Part shown: positions 44,729 to 54,020 of the stretch, piece after piece
Position numbering within the stretch: position 1 is the stretch's first letter
Layout: every line of letters starts with the position of its first letter
Assembly: GCA_036781285.1 (NCBI GenBank)
Contig: DAIQBH010000001.1
Span: 24,856-88,855 of the forward strand
Reading direction: 5' to 3'
From: Thermodesulfobacteriota bacterium
GTDB taxonomy: Bacteria; Desulfobacterota; Binatia; UTPRO1
Length of the DNA stretch: 64,000 nucleotides
The notes under the pieces: model-generated
What the model was told of the DNA's origin: nothing
Databases searched by the model: none
What the model saw: the letters and a program-made list of their open reading frames with translations, nothing else
Made by a program: the position numbers and the translations under genes

Positions 44729-46185
44729 GGCTGGCGGCGCGCCATCTCGACGATGCTTTTCCACCGTGCGTTTCGTTCGCCGCGCTCGTCCGCGTTCCAG
44801 CGCGGCTCGAACAACCGGTCGCGCCGCCACGTCTTGCCGGCATCCTCAGCGGTGCGCCACAACCCCGTTGCGATGCCGGCCAGGTACGCGGCGCCGAGCG
44901 CCGCGGCGTCGTACACCTTCGGACGTTCCACTGGGACGCCGGAAACGTCCGCCTGACACTGCATCAGGAAGTCGTTCCGGGCAGCACCCCCGTCGACGCG
45001 CAGGACGTCGAGGTTCGAGTCGGGCGCATCGGCACGCAGCGCGTCGACCACCTCTCCGCAACGAAACGCGATGCCTTCCAGAACCGCCCGGATGATCTGG
45101 GCACGACCGGTGGCACGCGACAGTCCGCCGATCAACGCGCGCGCCGCCGGGTCGAGGTACGGCGTGCCGAGACCCTGAAACGCCGGGATGCACCAGACAC
45201 CACCGCTATCCGGCACGCTCGTTGCGATCGCTTCGGAGTCCGCCACATCGTCGAGGATGCCGAGCCCGTCTCTCAACCATTGCATCGCGGCTCCGACCGT
45301 CACCGCGCTGCCTTCGAGACAATAGGTTCGTTCGCCGCCGAAGCCCCAGAGCACGAGCGGGAAGCACCCGTTCGGAGACAGGCGGATGCTCGGACCGACG
45401 TTCAGGTCCATCATCGCCGCGGTGCCGTAGGTGATTTTCATCGTGCCCGGCCGCAGTCGTAGCTGTCCGAACATCGCTGCTTGTTGATCGCCCGCTCGTG
45501 CCGCGAGGGGCACCGCGGCGCCGAACCGATCCCGGGCCGTCGCGCCGGCAACGGCGCTCGTCGAGACGATCGTGGGGAAGCTCGTGATCGGCAGTTCGAG
45601 GCTGTCGAGCAGCGCTTCGTCCCAGCGGCCGGTCAGGAAGTCGTAGACACCGGTACACGACGCGTTCGAGTCGTCGGTCACGTACGACTCGCCGCCCGAA
45701 AGTTGCCAAGTGAGCCACGTATCGATGGTGCCGAAACGAAGACGACCCGCGTCGGCGCGCGTGCGCGCGCCCGGGACGTTGTCGAGAACCCACCGATACT
45801 TCGACGCGGACTGGAGCGGGCTCAAGATGTAGCCGCGCTGTCCCAGCTCGTTGCAAAAGCTCACGGTGCGGAGGTCCTGCCACCCGATGGCCGGATACAC
45901 GGGAGCTCCGGTGTCGGCGTCCCATACGAGCGCCGAGGCGCGTTGGTTGCATAGACCGATGCCGGCAATCGCGGCGATCGGGATCGACGCGCGTTCGAGC
46001 GCCAGACGTGCGACGTGCAGGGTCCGATCCCAAACCGCTACTGGATCGTGCTCGACCCAGCTGGGCTGCGGATACGACGAGGGAATTTCGGCGTACGCGG
46101 CCGATGCTTCCCTGCCCTCGTGATCGAAGACGTACGCACGGACCCCCGTGCCACCCTCGTCGATGGCGAGTACGTGCGAGCTCAC
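44725..46185 (-). CDS. glpK: Glycerol kinase (FGGY family)
   Basis: HVLAIDEGGTGVRAYVFDHEGRE...YPQPSWVEHDP, compared with GlpK ALDQGTTSSRAVV...YPKPGWVEHDP. GTG start with a GTGA overlap of the upstream stop. Confidence 0.85.
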   Translation of the reverse strand: MSSHVLAIDEGGTGVRAYVFDHEGREASAAYAEIPSSYPQPSWVEHDPVAVWDRTLHVARLALERASIPIAAIAGIGLCNQRASALVWDADTGAPVYPAIGWQDLRTVSFCNELGQRGYILSPLQSASKYRWVLDNVPGARTRADAGRLRFGTIDTWLTWQLSGGESYVTDDSNASCTGVYDFLTGRWDEALLDSLELPITSFPTIVSTSAVAGATARDRFGAAVPLAARAGDQQAAMFGQLRLRPGTMKITYGTAAMMDLNVGPSIRLSPNGCFPLVLWGFGGERTYCLEGSAVTVGAAMQWLRDGLGILDDVADSEAIATSVPDSGGVWCIPAFQGLGTPYLDPAARALIGGLSRATGRAQIIRAVLEGIAFRCGEVVDALRADAPDSNLDVLRVDGGAARNDFLMQCQADVSGVPVERPKVYDAAALGAAYLAGIATGLWRTAEDAGKTWRRDRLFEPRWNADERGERNARWKSIVEMARRQP

Positions 46186-47606
46186 GCCTTCGGGCCCTGC
46201 GGCTCCGGCAAGAGGGCCCCGGGGTTCATGATCCCAAGTGGATCGAGCGCACGACGGATGGTGCCGAGCAGCGGGTACGCCGAGCCGAGCTCTTTCGCGA
46301 GCCACTCCCGGCGCACACGACCGATCCCATGGTGATGCGAGATCGTGCCACCGGCCGCCACCGTCGCTTCCATGGCCGCATTCCAGATCCGGAAGTAGAG
46401 GTCTTCGATGCCGCTCGGCTGCTCGGGCCGTGCCGCGAACGTGAAGTAGATGTTCGTGCCGGTCCCGTAGCTGTGAGAGCTGTGACCGGAGGCGACGATC
46501 AGCCCCGGCACGCCCCTCATTCCCGCGAGGACGTCGTTGTAGAGAGCATCGATGCGATCCCAGGTCGATGCGACCTCGATAGTGTCCACGACCATGCCTT
46601 GTTTCAGGAAGTACTCGAATCCCGGCACCGCGTTCCGATGGTGCAGCCAGCTGTCGACTGGCTCGGGGCCGACCGCACGTCCGCGCGAACCGCCAGCAAC
46701 CCGGACGGCGGCTTCGATCTCCACCTTCGTCAGCTCGGGCGGACCTTCGGTCAGGACGAGCAACAGGCTTTCACCGTCCTTCGTCGCGCCCGCGAAGGAG
46801 CGCCCCGCTTCGATCTCGTCGTACAGCCGTAGGACGGCGGGACGCCACCCGGCGCGCATGATCGCCCGCAGGCCTTCGAGGCCGTCGTGCATCGACGGAA
46901 AAGCGATGGCCATCTTTTCGACGGACGGCGCCAGCGGGTGAATCTCGTAGGTGACCTCGGTCAGGATCCCGGTCGTACCTTCGGCTCCGAGGAAGAGATG
47001 GCGGATGTCCTGTCCGGCAGCCGCGCGCGGGACCGCGCGCGTCCGCACCACATCGCCGTTTGGGAGCACCGCTTCGAATGCGACCAGCATGTCCTCGATA
47101 TTGCCGTACTTGGTCGAGTACTGACCTGCCGCTCGCGTCGCCACCCAGCCGCCGACCGATGACAGCGCGATCGACTGTGGGAAGTGCCCCATCGAATATC
47201 CGGCCTTGTTGAGGAGCTCCTCGAATTCCGAGCCGAGCAATCCGGGCTCGACGGTCGCCAGCAGGGCGACCTCGTCGATGTGTTTCAGCGTCCGCATGAG
47301 GCCGAGGTCGACGACGACCGAGTGCTCGGGAGCGAGCACCGCGCCGCACACCCCTGATCCCGCGCCGAACGGCACGATCGCGACCCGCTCGCGCGACGCC
47401 CAGGCGAGGACGGCGCTCACCTCGGCGGTGCTCGCCGGCCGCACGACGCACGCCGGGTTCGGGATCGGCCCGTCTTGCAGGCTCCGCCATACCGAGACGA
47501 CCCAGGTGTCGCGGCGCGCCCGCGCGAGTGTGGCCGGGTCGTCGAGCACGCGCGCCGGTTCGAGAAGCGAGCGCAGGTCCGCGCGGATACGGTCGGGGGT
47601 CGGCAT
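46182..47606 (-). CDS. FAD-linked oxidase, alkyl-DHAP-synthase-like (VAO/PCMH family)
   Basis: 474 aa with an FAD-binding PCMH domain (VAIVPFGAGSGVCG) and a C-terminal ISHHHGIG motif of the AGPS type. It is embedded between glpD and glpK. Confidence 0.7.
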   Translation of the reverse strand: MPTPDRIRADLRSLLEPARVLDDPATLARARRDTWVVSVWRSLQDGPIPNPACVVRPASTAEVSAVLAWASRERVAIVPFGAGSGVCGAVLAPEHSVVVDLGLMRTLKHIDEVALLATVEPGLLGSEFEELLNKAGYSMGHFPQSIALSSVGGWVATRAAGQYSTKYGNIEDMLVAFEAVLPNGDVVRTRAVPRAAAGQDIRHLFLGAEGTTGILTEVTYEIHPLAPSVEKMAIAFPSMHDGLEGLRAIMRAGWRPAVLRLYDEIEAGRSFAGATKDGESLLLVLTEGPPELTKVEIEAAVRVAGGSRGRAVGPEPVDSWLHHRNAVPGFEYFLKQGMVVDTIEVASTWDRIDALYNDVLAGMRGVPGLIVASGHSSHSYGTGTNIYFTFAARPEQPSGIEDLYFRIWNAAMEATVAAGGTISHHHGIGRVRREWLAKELGSAYPLLGTIRRALDPLGIMNPGALLPEPQGPKA

Positions 47607-49279
47607 CAGTGGCTCTCCTTGGACGAAGGTTGCGGTTGATTACGCCACGCGAGTCGCGCGTCACACTGACGGGTGAAATCGTCGACCTCTCGGCGAATAC
47701 GCGTCGCGTCCCATCCGAGCTCGCGCGCGGCGATGGCGGCGACGGCGGGAGCAGCCGTGCGGGCCGTTTCCGTTGCGAAGTACGACATGCGCGAGCGGCG
47801 CTCGAGTACGTCCACCAACGTGACCGCCATCTCGTGACGGATCGCGTACTGCACCTCGGCGACCGTCAACGGCACGGCGGGTGCCACTGGCGACAGCGCA
47901 TCCGGACCGTCGACCGCGTTCGCGACGTCGAGCGCGTCTCCGCCGTACGTGGCGATCCAGCGCGCCGCCGTCTCGGCCGAAACCGTCTGAAGTGCGGTCC
48001 GTACCTGCGGCAGCGTCGCGAAACTCTCGAGGTCGCATGCGCCCGCGAGGTCTCCGCCCGGCAGTGGCTGGTCGGCGCTCGGCGACGGCGGAAGCTTTCG
48101 GCCGAGAAGCGGCGCCACCGTATCGACCACGCGCTCCGCCATGCGGCGGTACGCGGTGAGCTTGCCGCCTGCAATGGTCACGAGGCCGGTCGAGCTCACG
48201 ACGATCTCGTCCTTGCGCGAGATTTCGGAAGGCTTCTTGCCCGGCTCTTGGATCAGCGGTCGCACACCGGCCCATGCGCCGATCGCTCGTTCGGCTGCGA
48301 CCGAGATCCCATCGAACGTGCGCGCGAGGGCCTCGTGTAGATACGCGACGTCGTCGACCGTGACCGGCGGCTCGTCGAGCGGTCCCGTGTAACTCGTGTC
48401 GGTCGTGCCGACGTAGATGTGCGAGCCGCGCGGCACGACGAAAACCGGGCGGCCGTCCGTCGCTCGCATGACCACGCAATGGCGCGCCGGGAGATCGCTC
48501 GAACGGTAGACGAGGTGCACGCCCTTCGTGAGGTGAAGGCTCGCGGCGTCTTCTGGACGATCCAGCTTGCGGACGTCGTCGACCCACGGACCGCTGGCGT
48601 TCACGATCGTCCGCGCGCGGACGTCGAAGGTCGTCCCGCTTTCCTGGTCCCGTACCGTGACCACACGCGGCGTCTCGGTCGATCCGAAACCGATGACCCG
48701 CACGTAGTTCGCGACGACGGCGCCCGCGTGATGCGACGACTTCAGCGTATCTGGCACGAACCTAGCGTCGTCGGTCTGGAATTCGGGATAACGAATGGCG
48801 CCCTGCACGCGTTCGGGTCGTAGATGGGGCTCGGCCGCGAGCGCTTCCTTCCGTCCCAACACCTCGTGTTGCTCGCCCGCAGGCACCGCGGCGAGCTTCT
48901 CGTAGAGCGAGAGCCCGACACGGAGCTTGTAGAGCCCGGCGCTGGTACGTCCGTGGACCGGAAGGAACATCGGCGCGACCGCCGTGCGGTGCGGCGCGAT
49001 TCGCCGGAGCGATTTGCGCTCGGTCGCTGCCTCGCGGACGAGGGCGATCTCGCCTTGCTCGAGATAGCGCAGGCCGCCGTGGATCAGTTTGGACGATCGA
49101 CTGCTCGTCCCCGACGCGAAATCGCGCCCCTCGACGAGTGCCACGGTGAGGCCCCGCAGTGCCGCCTCGCGCGCCACGCCCGCGCCCGTGATACCGCCGC
49201 CGATGACCAGCACGTCGAACGTCTCACCGGCGAGACGTTCGAGATTGCGGGCGCGTCTTGCCGGATCAAAGCCCGACAT
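47606..49279 (-). CDS. glpD: FAD-dependent glycerol-3-phosphate dehydrogenase
   Basis: 557 aa starting FDVLVIGGGITGAGVAREAALRGL...SSRSSKLIHGGLRYL. Confidence 0.92.
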   Translation of the reverse strand: MSGFDPARRARNLERLAGETFDVLVIGGGITGAGVAREAALRGLTVALVEGRDFASGTSSRSSKLIHGGLRYLEQGEIALVREAATERKSLRRIAPHRTAVAPMFLPVHGRTSAGLYKLRVGLSLYEKLAAVPAGEQHEVLGRKEALAAEPHLRPERVQGAIRYPEFQTDDARFVPDTLKSSHHAGAVVANYVRVIGFGSTETPRVVTVRDQESGTTFDVRARTIVNASGPWVDDVRKLDRPEDAASLHLTKGVHLVYRSSDLPARHCVVMRATDGRPVFVVPRGSHIYVGTTDTSYTGPLDEPPVTVDDVAYLHEALARTFDGISVAAERAIGAWAGVRPLIQEPGKKPSEISRKDEIVVSSTGLVTIAGGKLTAYRRMAERVVDTVAPLLGRKLPPSPSADQPLPGGDLAGACDLESFATLPQVRTALQTVSAETAARWIATYGGDALDVANAVDGPDALSPVAPAVPLTVAEVQYAIRHEMAVTLVDVLERRSRMSYFATETARTAAPAVAAIAARELGWDATRIRREVDDFTRQCDARLAWRNQPQPSSKESH

Positions 49280-49327
49280 GGCTCTCGACGACGCGGACGT
49301 GACGCACGACGGCGTCGCGGGTACCGA

Positions 49328-49531
49328 TCAGCGCTCGATGCGGAAGGAGACTTCCGCCCGTACGCGGAAGACGTCGACCTTGTCCTTGTTCATGCGGACG
49401 TCGAATTCCTTCACGCCGATGCGCGTGATTCCGCGCAGCGACTTCTGCGCCTCGGAGATGACGACGCGAATCGCATCGTCCCAGTTCTTCGTGGACTCGC
49501 CCACCAGCTCGATGATCTTCACGACGGACAT
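49328..49531 (-). CDS. Dodecin (flavin-binding)
   Basis: 67 aa (MSVVKIIELVGESTKNWDDAIRVVISEAQKSLRGITRIGVKEFDV). Confidence 0.85.
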   Translation of the reverse strand: MSVVKIIELVGESTKNWDDAIRVVISEAQKSLRGITRIGVKEFDVRMNKDKVDVFRVRAEVSFRIER

Positions 49532-49579
49532 GGCACACCCCTTTCTGGTTGTGGCGGCCGACCCGCGTCGACCACGGCT

Positions 49580-49945
49580 TCAGTAGCCCCATTCGTCGAG
49601 ATCCTCGTCGTCGATGCCGAAGAAGTGCGCGACTTCGTGCAGGACCGTGGTGCGAATCTCGTCGCGTATCTCCGCCGTCGACGAGCACGTCTCGACGATC
49701 GGGAGGTAGAAGATCGAGATCTTGTCCGGAAGCGCGGCGTACGCGTGGCCGCGCTCTTCCAGCGGAATCCCCTCGTAGAGTCCGAACAGGGTGTCTTCCT
49801 CCGGGTCGAGACCAACGCCGCGAATCTGTTCGTCCGTGGGCTCGTCCTCGACGACGACTTCGACGTTCTCGATGCGCGAAGCGAACTCCGCGGGGAGCGT
49901 TTCGAGAACTTCCGTCACGAGTCGCCGGAATTCCTTTCGAGTCAT
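49580..49945 (-). CDS. Zincin-like metallopeptidase-family protein (DUF1025-like)
   Basis: HEVAHFFG zinc motif. The start is taken at MTRKEF, the usual family N-terminus. The track ORF begins earlier at a GTG. Confidence 0.7.
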   Translation of the reverse strand: MTRKEFRRLVTEVLETLPAEFASRIENVEVVVEDEPTDEQIRGVGLDPEEDTLFGLYEGIPLEERGHAYAALPDKISIFYLPIVETCSSTAEIRDEIRTTVLHEVAHFFGIDDEDLDEWGY

Positions 49946-50152
49946 GACGCCGAGCCCACGAGCGGGGCGGCGCGCTGCGTGTGGTGGCACGCCACCGTAG
50001 GTGAACGGACGCGGCGACGTTGCCACACGCCTATTTCAATGACAAGGCGACCGATCGCTACCTTGACATCCCAGGGGTCGTCGGGCACACGAAACGGCAC
50101 TCGACCATCCCACCAAGTTCGTTTCGGGGTATCCCCAAAGGAGGTTCTCTTC

Positions 50153-51085
50153 ATGCTTCTCGACGGCAAAGTTGTCGTAGTCACGGGTGCGGGTCGCGGC
50201 ATCGGACGCGAGGAAGCACTGCTGATGGCGAAGCTCGGCGCGAAGGTCGTGGTGAACGATCTCGGCGGCGGGTTCGACGGCAGTGGTGCCAGCACCGGGC
50301 CGGCGCAAGAGGTCGTGAACGAGATCAAGAAGGCCGGTGGTGAAGCAGTCGCGAACGGCGACAGCGTCAGCGATTTCAAGGGTGCGCAGCGCATCATCGA
50401 GTGCGCCGTCGACACCTTCGGCAAGCTGAACGCCGTCGTGAACAACGCCGGCATCCTCCGCGACCGCATGATCTTCAACATGTCGGAAGAGGACTGGGAT
50501 TCGGTGATCGCCGTCCACCTGAAGGGCACGTTCGCGTGCACGCGCCACGCGTGCGTGTATTGGCGCGAGCAGCACAAGATCGGCAATCTCCTCAACGGGC
50601 GCATCATCAACACGGCGTCCGACTCCGGCCTTCTCGGCAATCCGAGCCAGAGCAACTACGGTGCCGCGAAGGCCGCGATTGCCGCGTTTTCCGTCATCAT
50701 CGACAAGGAGATGGCGAAGTACGGTGTGACCGTGAATGCGATCGCCCCGGTCGCGCGCACTCGCCTCACGGTCGAAGCGACGCCGGCGACGGCCGCGCTC
50801 ATGGGCCAAGAGGTTCCCGCCGGTCAGTTCGACATCTTCAGTCCGGCGAACGTCGCTCCGCTGGTCGCATGGCTCGCGAGCGACGACTCGGCGGACGTCC
50901 ACGGCGAGATCTTCCGGGTCGGCGGCGGCACCGTGTGGCTCATGCAGGGATGGCACTCGGTCGGCAAAGCGAAGAAGGGGGGCGAGTGGGAGGCTTCCGA
51001 GCTCGGTAAGGCGCTCAAGGCCGAGCTCGCCAAGGGCGCCACGCGCAAGGAGACCATGAACGACGTCTTCGCCGAGGGCCTCTGA
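50153..51085 (+). CDS. SDR-family oxidoreductase
   Basis: Real 3' third of track ORF 48824..51085. ATG after AAAGGAGG, cofactor motif TGAGRGIG, and YxxxK. Confidence 0.85.
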   Translation: MLLDGKVVVVTGAGRGIGREEALLMAKLGAKVVVNDLGGGFDGSGASTGPAQEVVNEIKKAGGEAVANGDSVSDFKGAQRIIECAVDTFGKLNAVVNNAGILRDRMIFNMSEEDWDSVIAVHLKGTFACTRHACVYWREQHKIGNLLNGRIINTASDSGLLGNPSQSNYGAAKAAIAAFSVIIDKEMAKYGVTVNAIAPVARTRLTVEATPATAALMGQEVPAGQFDIFSPANVAPLVAWLASDDSADVHGEIFRVGGGTVWLMQGWHSVGKAKKGGEWEASELGKALKAELAKGATRKETMNDVFAEGL

Positions 51086-51086
51086 C

Positions 51087-51575
51087 CTGTCCGACGCGCG
51101 GCGCCGCATCCTGATCGTCTGCCATGCGAACGTCGCCCGCAGCATCATCGCCGAAGCGCTACTGAAGAAGATGCTGGCGGAGCGCGGTCGCGACGACGTC
51201 ATCGTGACGTCGGGCGGCATCGCCCCGTACGCACGAGATACGAGCCTGGTGTCCATGGACGCCAGGCTCGTTTTGCGTGACGACGCGATCGAGATCTCCC
51301 CGGAGGCGACGTCATGCGACCTGAAGCAGCATCGTGACCGCTTGCTCGAAGCCGATCTCATCGTCACCATGACGACCGAGCAGAAGCGGATGCTGGCCCA
51401 CTTTCCCGAAGCACACGGCAAGATCGTCATGACGCTCCACGAGGCCGCGGGCGAAATCGCGGACGTCGAGGATCCGGCCGGACGCGACGACGACTTTTAC
51501 AAGGCGTGTCGCGACGAGATCCGGCGGTGTCTCGAAAAGGCGTTCGACCGGCTGGCTCCTCCGCCGGGCCACTGA
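51087..51575 (+). CDS. Low-molecular-weight protein-tyrosine-phosphatase/ArsC-like protein with no canonical start codon
   Basis: CX5R P-loop ILIVCHANVARS and a C-terminal DP motif. The reading frame between the in-frame stop at 51057-59 and the first ATG (51171, after the P-loop) contains no ATG, GTG or TTG. Possible CTG/ATC start, or a frameshift. Confidence 0.55.
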   Translation: MSDARRRILIVCHANVARSIIAEALLKKMLAERGRDDVIVTSGGIAPYARDTSLVSMDARLVLRDDAIEISPEATSCDLKQHRDRLLEADLIVTMTTEQKRMLAHFPEAHGKIVMTLHEAAGEIADVEDPAGRDDDFYKACRDEIRRCLEKAFDRLAPPPGH

Positions 51576-51609
51576 GTCGCGAGCCGCACGGCGCTCACGG
51601 AGGTGGAAG

Positions 51610-52032
51610 ATGAGCTTCGGCAATCCTTCCGACGACGAGATCCGCGAGATCCTGACCGAGCCGATGACCGTCGCGGTGGTCGGCTGTTCACCCGATCCGA
51701 CCCGCGACAGCCACAAAGTCGCGCGCGCCTTGCAAACCATGGGTCACCGGGTGATTCCGGTGAATCCGCAGTGCCGCGAGATCTTCGGCCTCCGATGCTA
51801 CGGCTCGCTCCGCCACGTCGAGCAACCGGTCGCCATGGTCGACGTGTTCCGGCGCTCCGAGCTCGTGCCTTCGGTCGTCGACGACGCGATCGCGATCGCC
51901 GCCCGCATCGTGTGGCTCCAACTGGGCGTCATCCACGAGGAGGCCGCAGCCCGGGCGCGCGCCGCCGGGCTCACCGTCATCATGGACCGGTGTCCCGCGG
52001 TGGAGTACCGCCGGCTCGTCTCCGCTGACTGA
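51610..52032 (+). CDS. CoA-binding domain protein (YccU-like)
   Basis: 140 aa with a Rossmann-like CoA-binding start (MTVAVVGCSPDPTRDSHKVARAL). Confidence 0.8.
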   Translation: MSFGNPSDDEIREILTEPMTVAVVGCSPDPTRDSHKVARALQTMGHRVIPVNPQCREIFGLRCYGSLRHVEQPVAMVDVFRRSELVPSVVDDAIAIAARIVWLQLGVIHEEAAARARAAGLTVIMDRCPAVEYRRLVSAD

Positions 52033-52034
52033 CC

Positions 52035-52583
52035 ATGGCGAAACCCCTGCACACCTGGGAACGCATCGCGAGCGAGATCGCGTACACATGCCGGATCTTC
52101 TCGATCCGCCGCGACCGTGCCCGCTTCTCCCGCGACGAGGCCGAGCACGACTTCCACGTGCTCGAATCGACCGACTGGGTGAACATCATCCCCATCACGC
52201 CGGCCAACGAGGTCGTGTTGGTGCGACAGTTTCGTCATGGCGTTCGCGATTGCACGCTGGAGATTCCAGGCGGCATGGTCGATACGGAGGACGCGTCGCC
52301 GCTGGTGGCGGCCCGTCGCGAGATGAAGGAGGAGAGTGGGTACGACTCGGAGCGCGTCGAGGCGCTCGGTTCGATCCATCCGAATCCCGCGATCCAGGCC
52401 AATCGTTGCTACTCGTTCGTCGCCTGGGACGTCGAGCGGCGTTGCGATCCACAGTTCGATTCGACCGAGGAAACCGAGGTCGAGCTGGTTCCTCTCGTAC
52501 GCATTCCCGAGCTGATCCGGGCGGGAGACATCACGCACGCGCTGGTCGTCGTCGCCTTCCACTGGTTGTCGCTGCGCCGCTGA
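52035..52583 (+). CDS. NUDIX hydrolase
   Basis: NUDIX box GGMVDTEDASPLVAARREMKEESGY. Confidence 0.88.
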   Translation: MAKPLHTWERIASEIAYTCRIFSIRRDRARFSRDEAEHDFHVLESTDWVNIIPITPANEVVLVRQFRHGVRDCTLEIPGGMVDTEDASPLVAARREMKEESGYDSERVEALGSIHPNPAIQANRCYSFVAWDVERRCDPQFDSTEETEVELVPLVRIPELIRAGDITHALVVVAFHWLSLRR

Positions 52584-52597
52584 ACGGCGCGCGTCGA

Positions 52598-53626
52598 TCA
52601 GGAGACCTTGCGGAGCGTGAAGGCGGCGAGCGGCGCTTCGGCCGGAGGTCCGCCGAGCTCGAGCACGAAACGCGACCCGTGCTCGGGCTCGCTCTCGACG
52701 CCGAGGGAGCCGCCCATGAGGGTCGCGAGCCGCGACGAGATCGATAGTCCGATGCCCGCGCCGGGCGCGCGCCGCTCGCGCTCGTGCACCTGACGGAACG
52801 GCTCGAAGATCGCCTCGTGATCGGCCTTGGGGATGCCGATGCCGGTATCCGTGACCGTGATGACGACCCGGTCGCCACGGCCGGGCGTCGCGAGCAGCGT
52901 GATCGAGCCCCGCTCCGTGAACTTCACCGCGTTCACCAGCAGGTTGGAGACGATCTGCTTCAAGCGGTCGGGATCGGCGTGCAATCGATCGCAGCCCGGT
53001 ACGATTTCAGCGCGAAAGGTGACGTCGTGACCGGCCAGCAGGATTTGCATGACGGCGGTCAGGTCGGTGAAGAGCGGCTCGAGATCGACGATTTCCATCT
53101 CGATGCGCATGCGGCCGGCCTCGATCCGGGAAAGATCGACCAGATCGTTGATGAGGTGCGAGAGGTTGCTCGCGTTCTTCGTGATTCGATGCAGGATGTC
53201 GCGCTGCGCCGGCTCGAGCGGGCCGAACGAGTTGTCGAGCAGCAAGTCGATGTAGCCGAGCACGACGTTCAAGGGCGTTCGCAGCTCGTGCGAGACGTTC
53301 GCCAGGAACTCGTCCTTGCGAACTGCGGTGTCGCGGAGGTCGCCGTTCGCAACGCGAAACCCGTCGAGGCGCCGTTCCGTGCGGCGGTGGTGGATTTCGA
53401 GAAGGATCGCGGCCAACGCGGCGAGCGCGAGGGCGGCCAACGCCGTCGCTCGCATGACCCACGCGGACATGCCGACGTTGCCACGAGAGAAAGCGCCGAG
53501 CGCGGCGCCGCCGCCGACCATCGCGATGACCGCGGCGCCGAGCGCGACGAGAATCGCGTCTCGCCGCATGCACATCGCGTCGATCGCGTCGGGAGGTGGA
53601 GTCGCGGCTGGTTCGTCGCTATGCAT
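52598..53626 (-). CDS. Sensor histidine kinase, orphan (no adjacent response regulator)
   Basis: TM helices, HisKA H-box SHELRTPLN, and an HATPase_c domain. The start is taken at MHSDE with a GGAGA RBS. The track ORF extends to 53722. Confidence 0.8.
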   Translation of the reverse strand: MHSDEPAATPPPDAIDAMCMRRDAILVALGAAVIAMVGGGAALGAFSRGNVGMSAWVMRATALAALALAALAAILLEIHHRRTERRLDGFRVANGDLRDTAVRKDEFLANVSHELRTPLNVVLGYIDLLLDNSFGPLEPAQRDILHRITKNASNLSHLINDLVDLSRIEAGRMRIEMEIVDLEPLFTDLTAVMQILLAGHDVTFRAEIVPGCDRLHADPDRLKQIVSNLLVNAVKFTERGSITLLATPGRGDRVVITVTDTGIGIPKADHEAIFEPFRQVHERERRAPGAGIGLSISSRLATLMGGSLGVESEPEHGSRFVLELGGPPAEAPLAAFTLRKVS

Positions 53627-53779
53627 CGGGTCTCCGAGCACGCGAATGACCTCCGCGGCACAGTGTGCCACCAGCGTGTGCCGCCGTCGGCACACGCGTG
53701 GCACTCGAGCGCGGAATCGCATGGTCGCGTGCTATCGAGCGCAAGCAACAGCAAGACCCATGCCCCAGAGGAGGTCGTC

Positions 53780-54001
53780 GTGGCCGTGATTCGTTTGCCG
53801 GAGATCGAGGAGATCTTCACCGTACTCGACCGTCGTGGCATCTCCCGCGAGGCCGTCGTCATCCCGCTCACGAAGCGCGATCCAGGAACGGTCCGACTCC
53901 TGCCGAACGAGAAGCTCGAGATCGTCGTACCGGAGTCGCAAGCGGTTGGCGTCTGGCTTCCCGAGCTCGAGCGTCTGATCGACGAGGTCATGGCGCGCTA
54001 G
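53780..54001 (+). CDS. Possible small protein (73 aa)
   Basis: GTG after AGAGGAGG, giving VAVIRLPEIEEIFTVLDRRGISREAVVIPLTKRDPGTVRLLPNEKLEIVVPESQAVGVWLPELERLIDEVMAR. It is the in-frame tail of an otherwise antisense ORF. Confidence 0.3.
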   Translation: MAVIRLPEIEEIFTVLDRRGISREAVVIPLTKRDPGTVRLLPNEKLEIVVPESQAVGVWLPELERLIDEVMAR

Positions 54002-54020
54002 GGTCAGGCGCGCCGTCAGC

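Noticed and set aside
48824-51085. 753-aa plus-strand ORF, the longest in this region
   Set aside because: About 1.3 kb of it is antisense to glpD (an Arg/Asp/His-rich translation typical of high-GC shadow ORFs). Only the last 310 codons, from the ATG at 50153 with a good RBS, form a coherent SDR protein.
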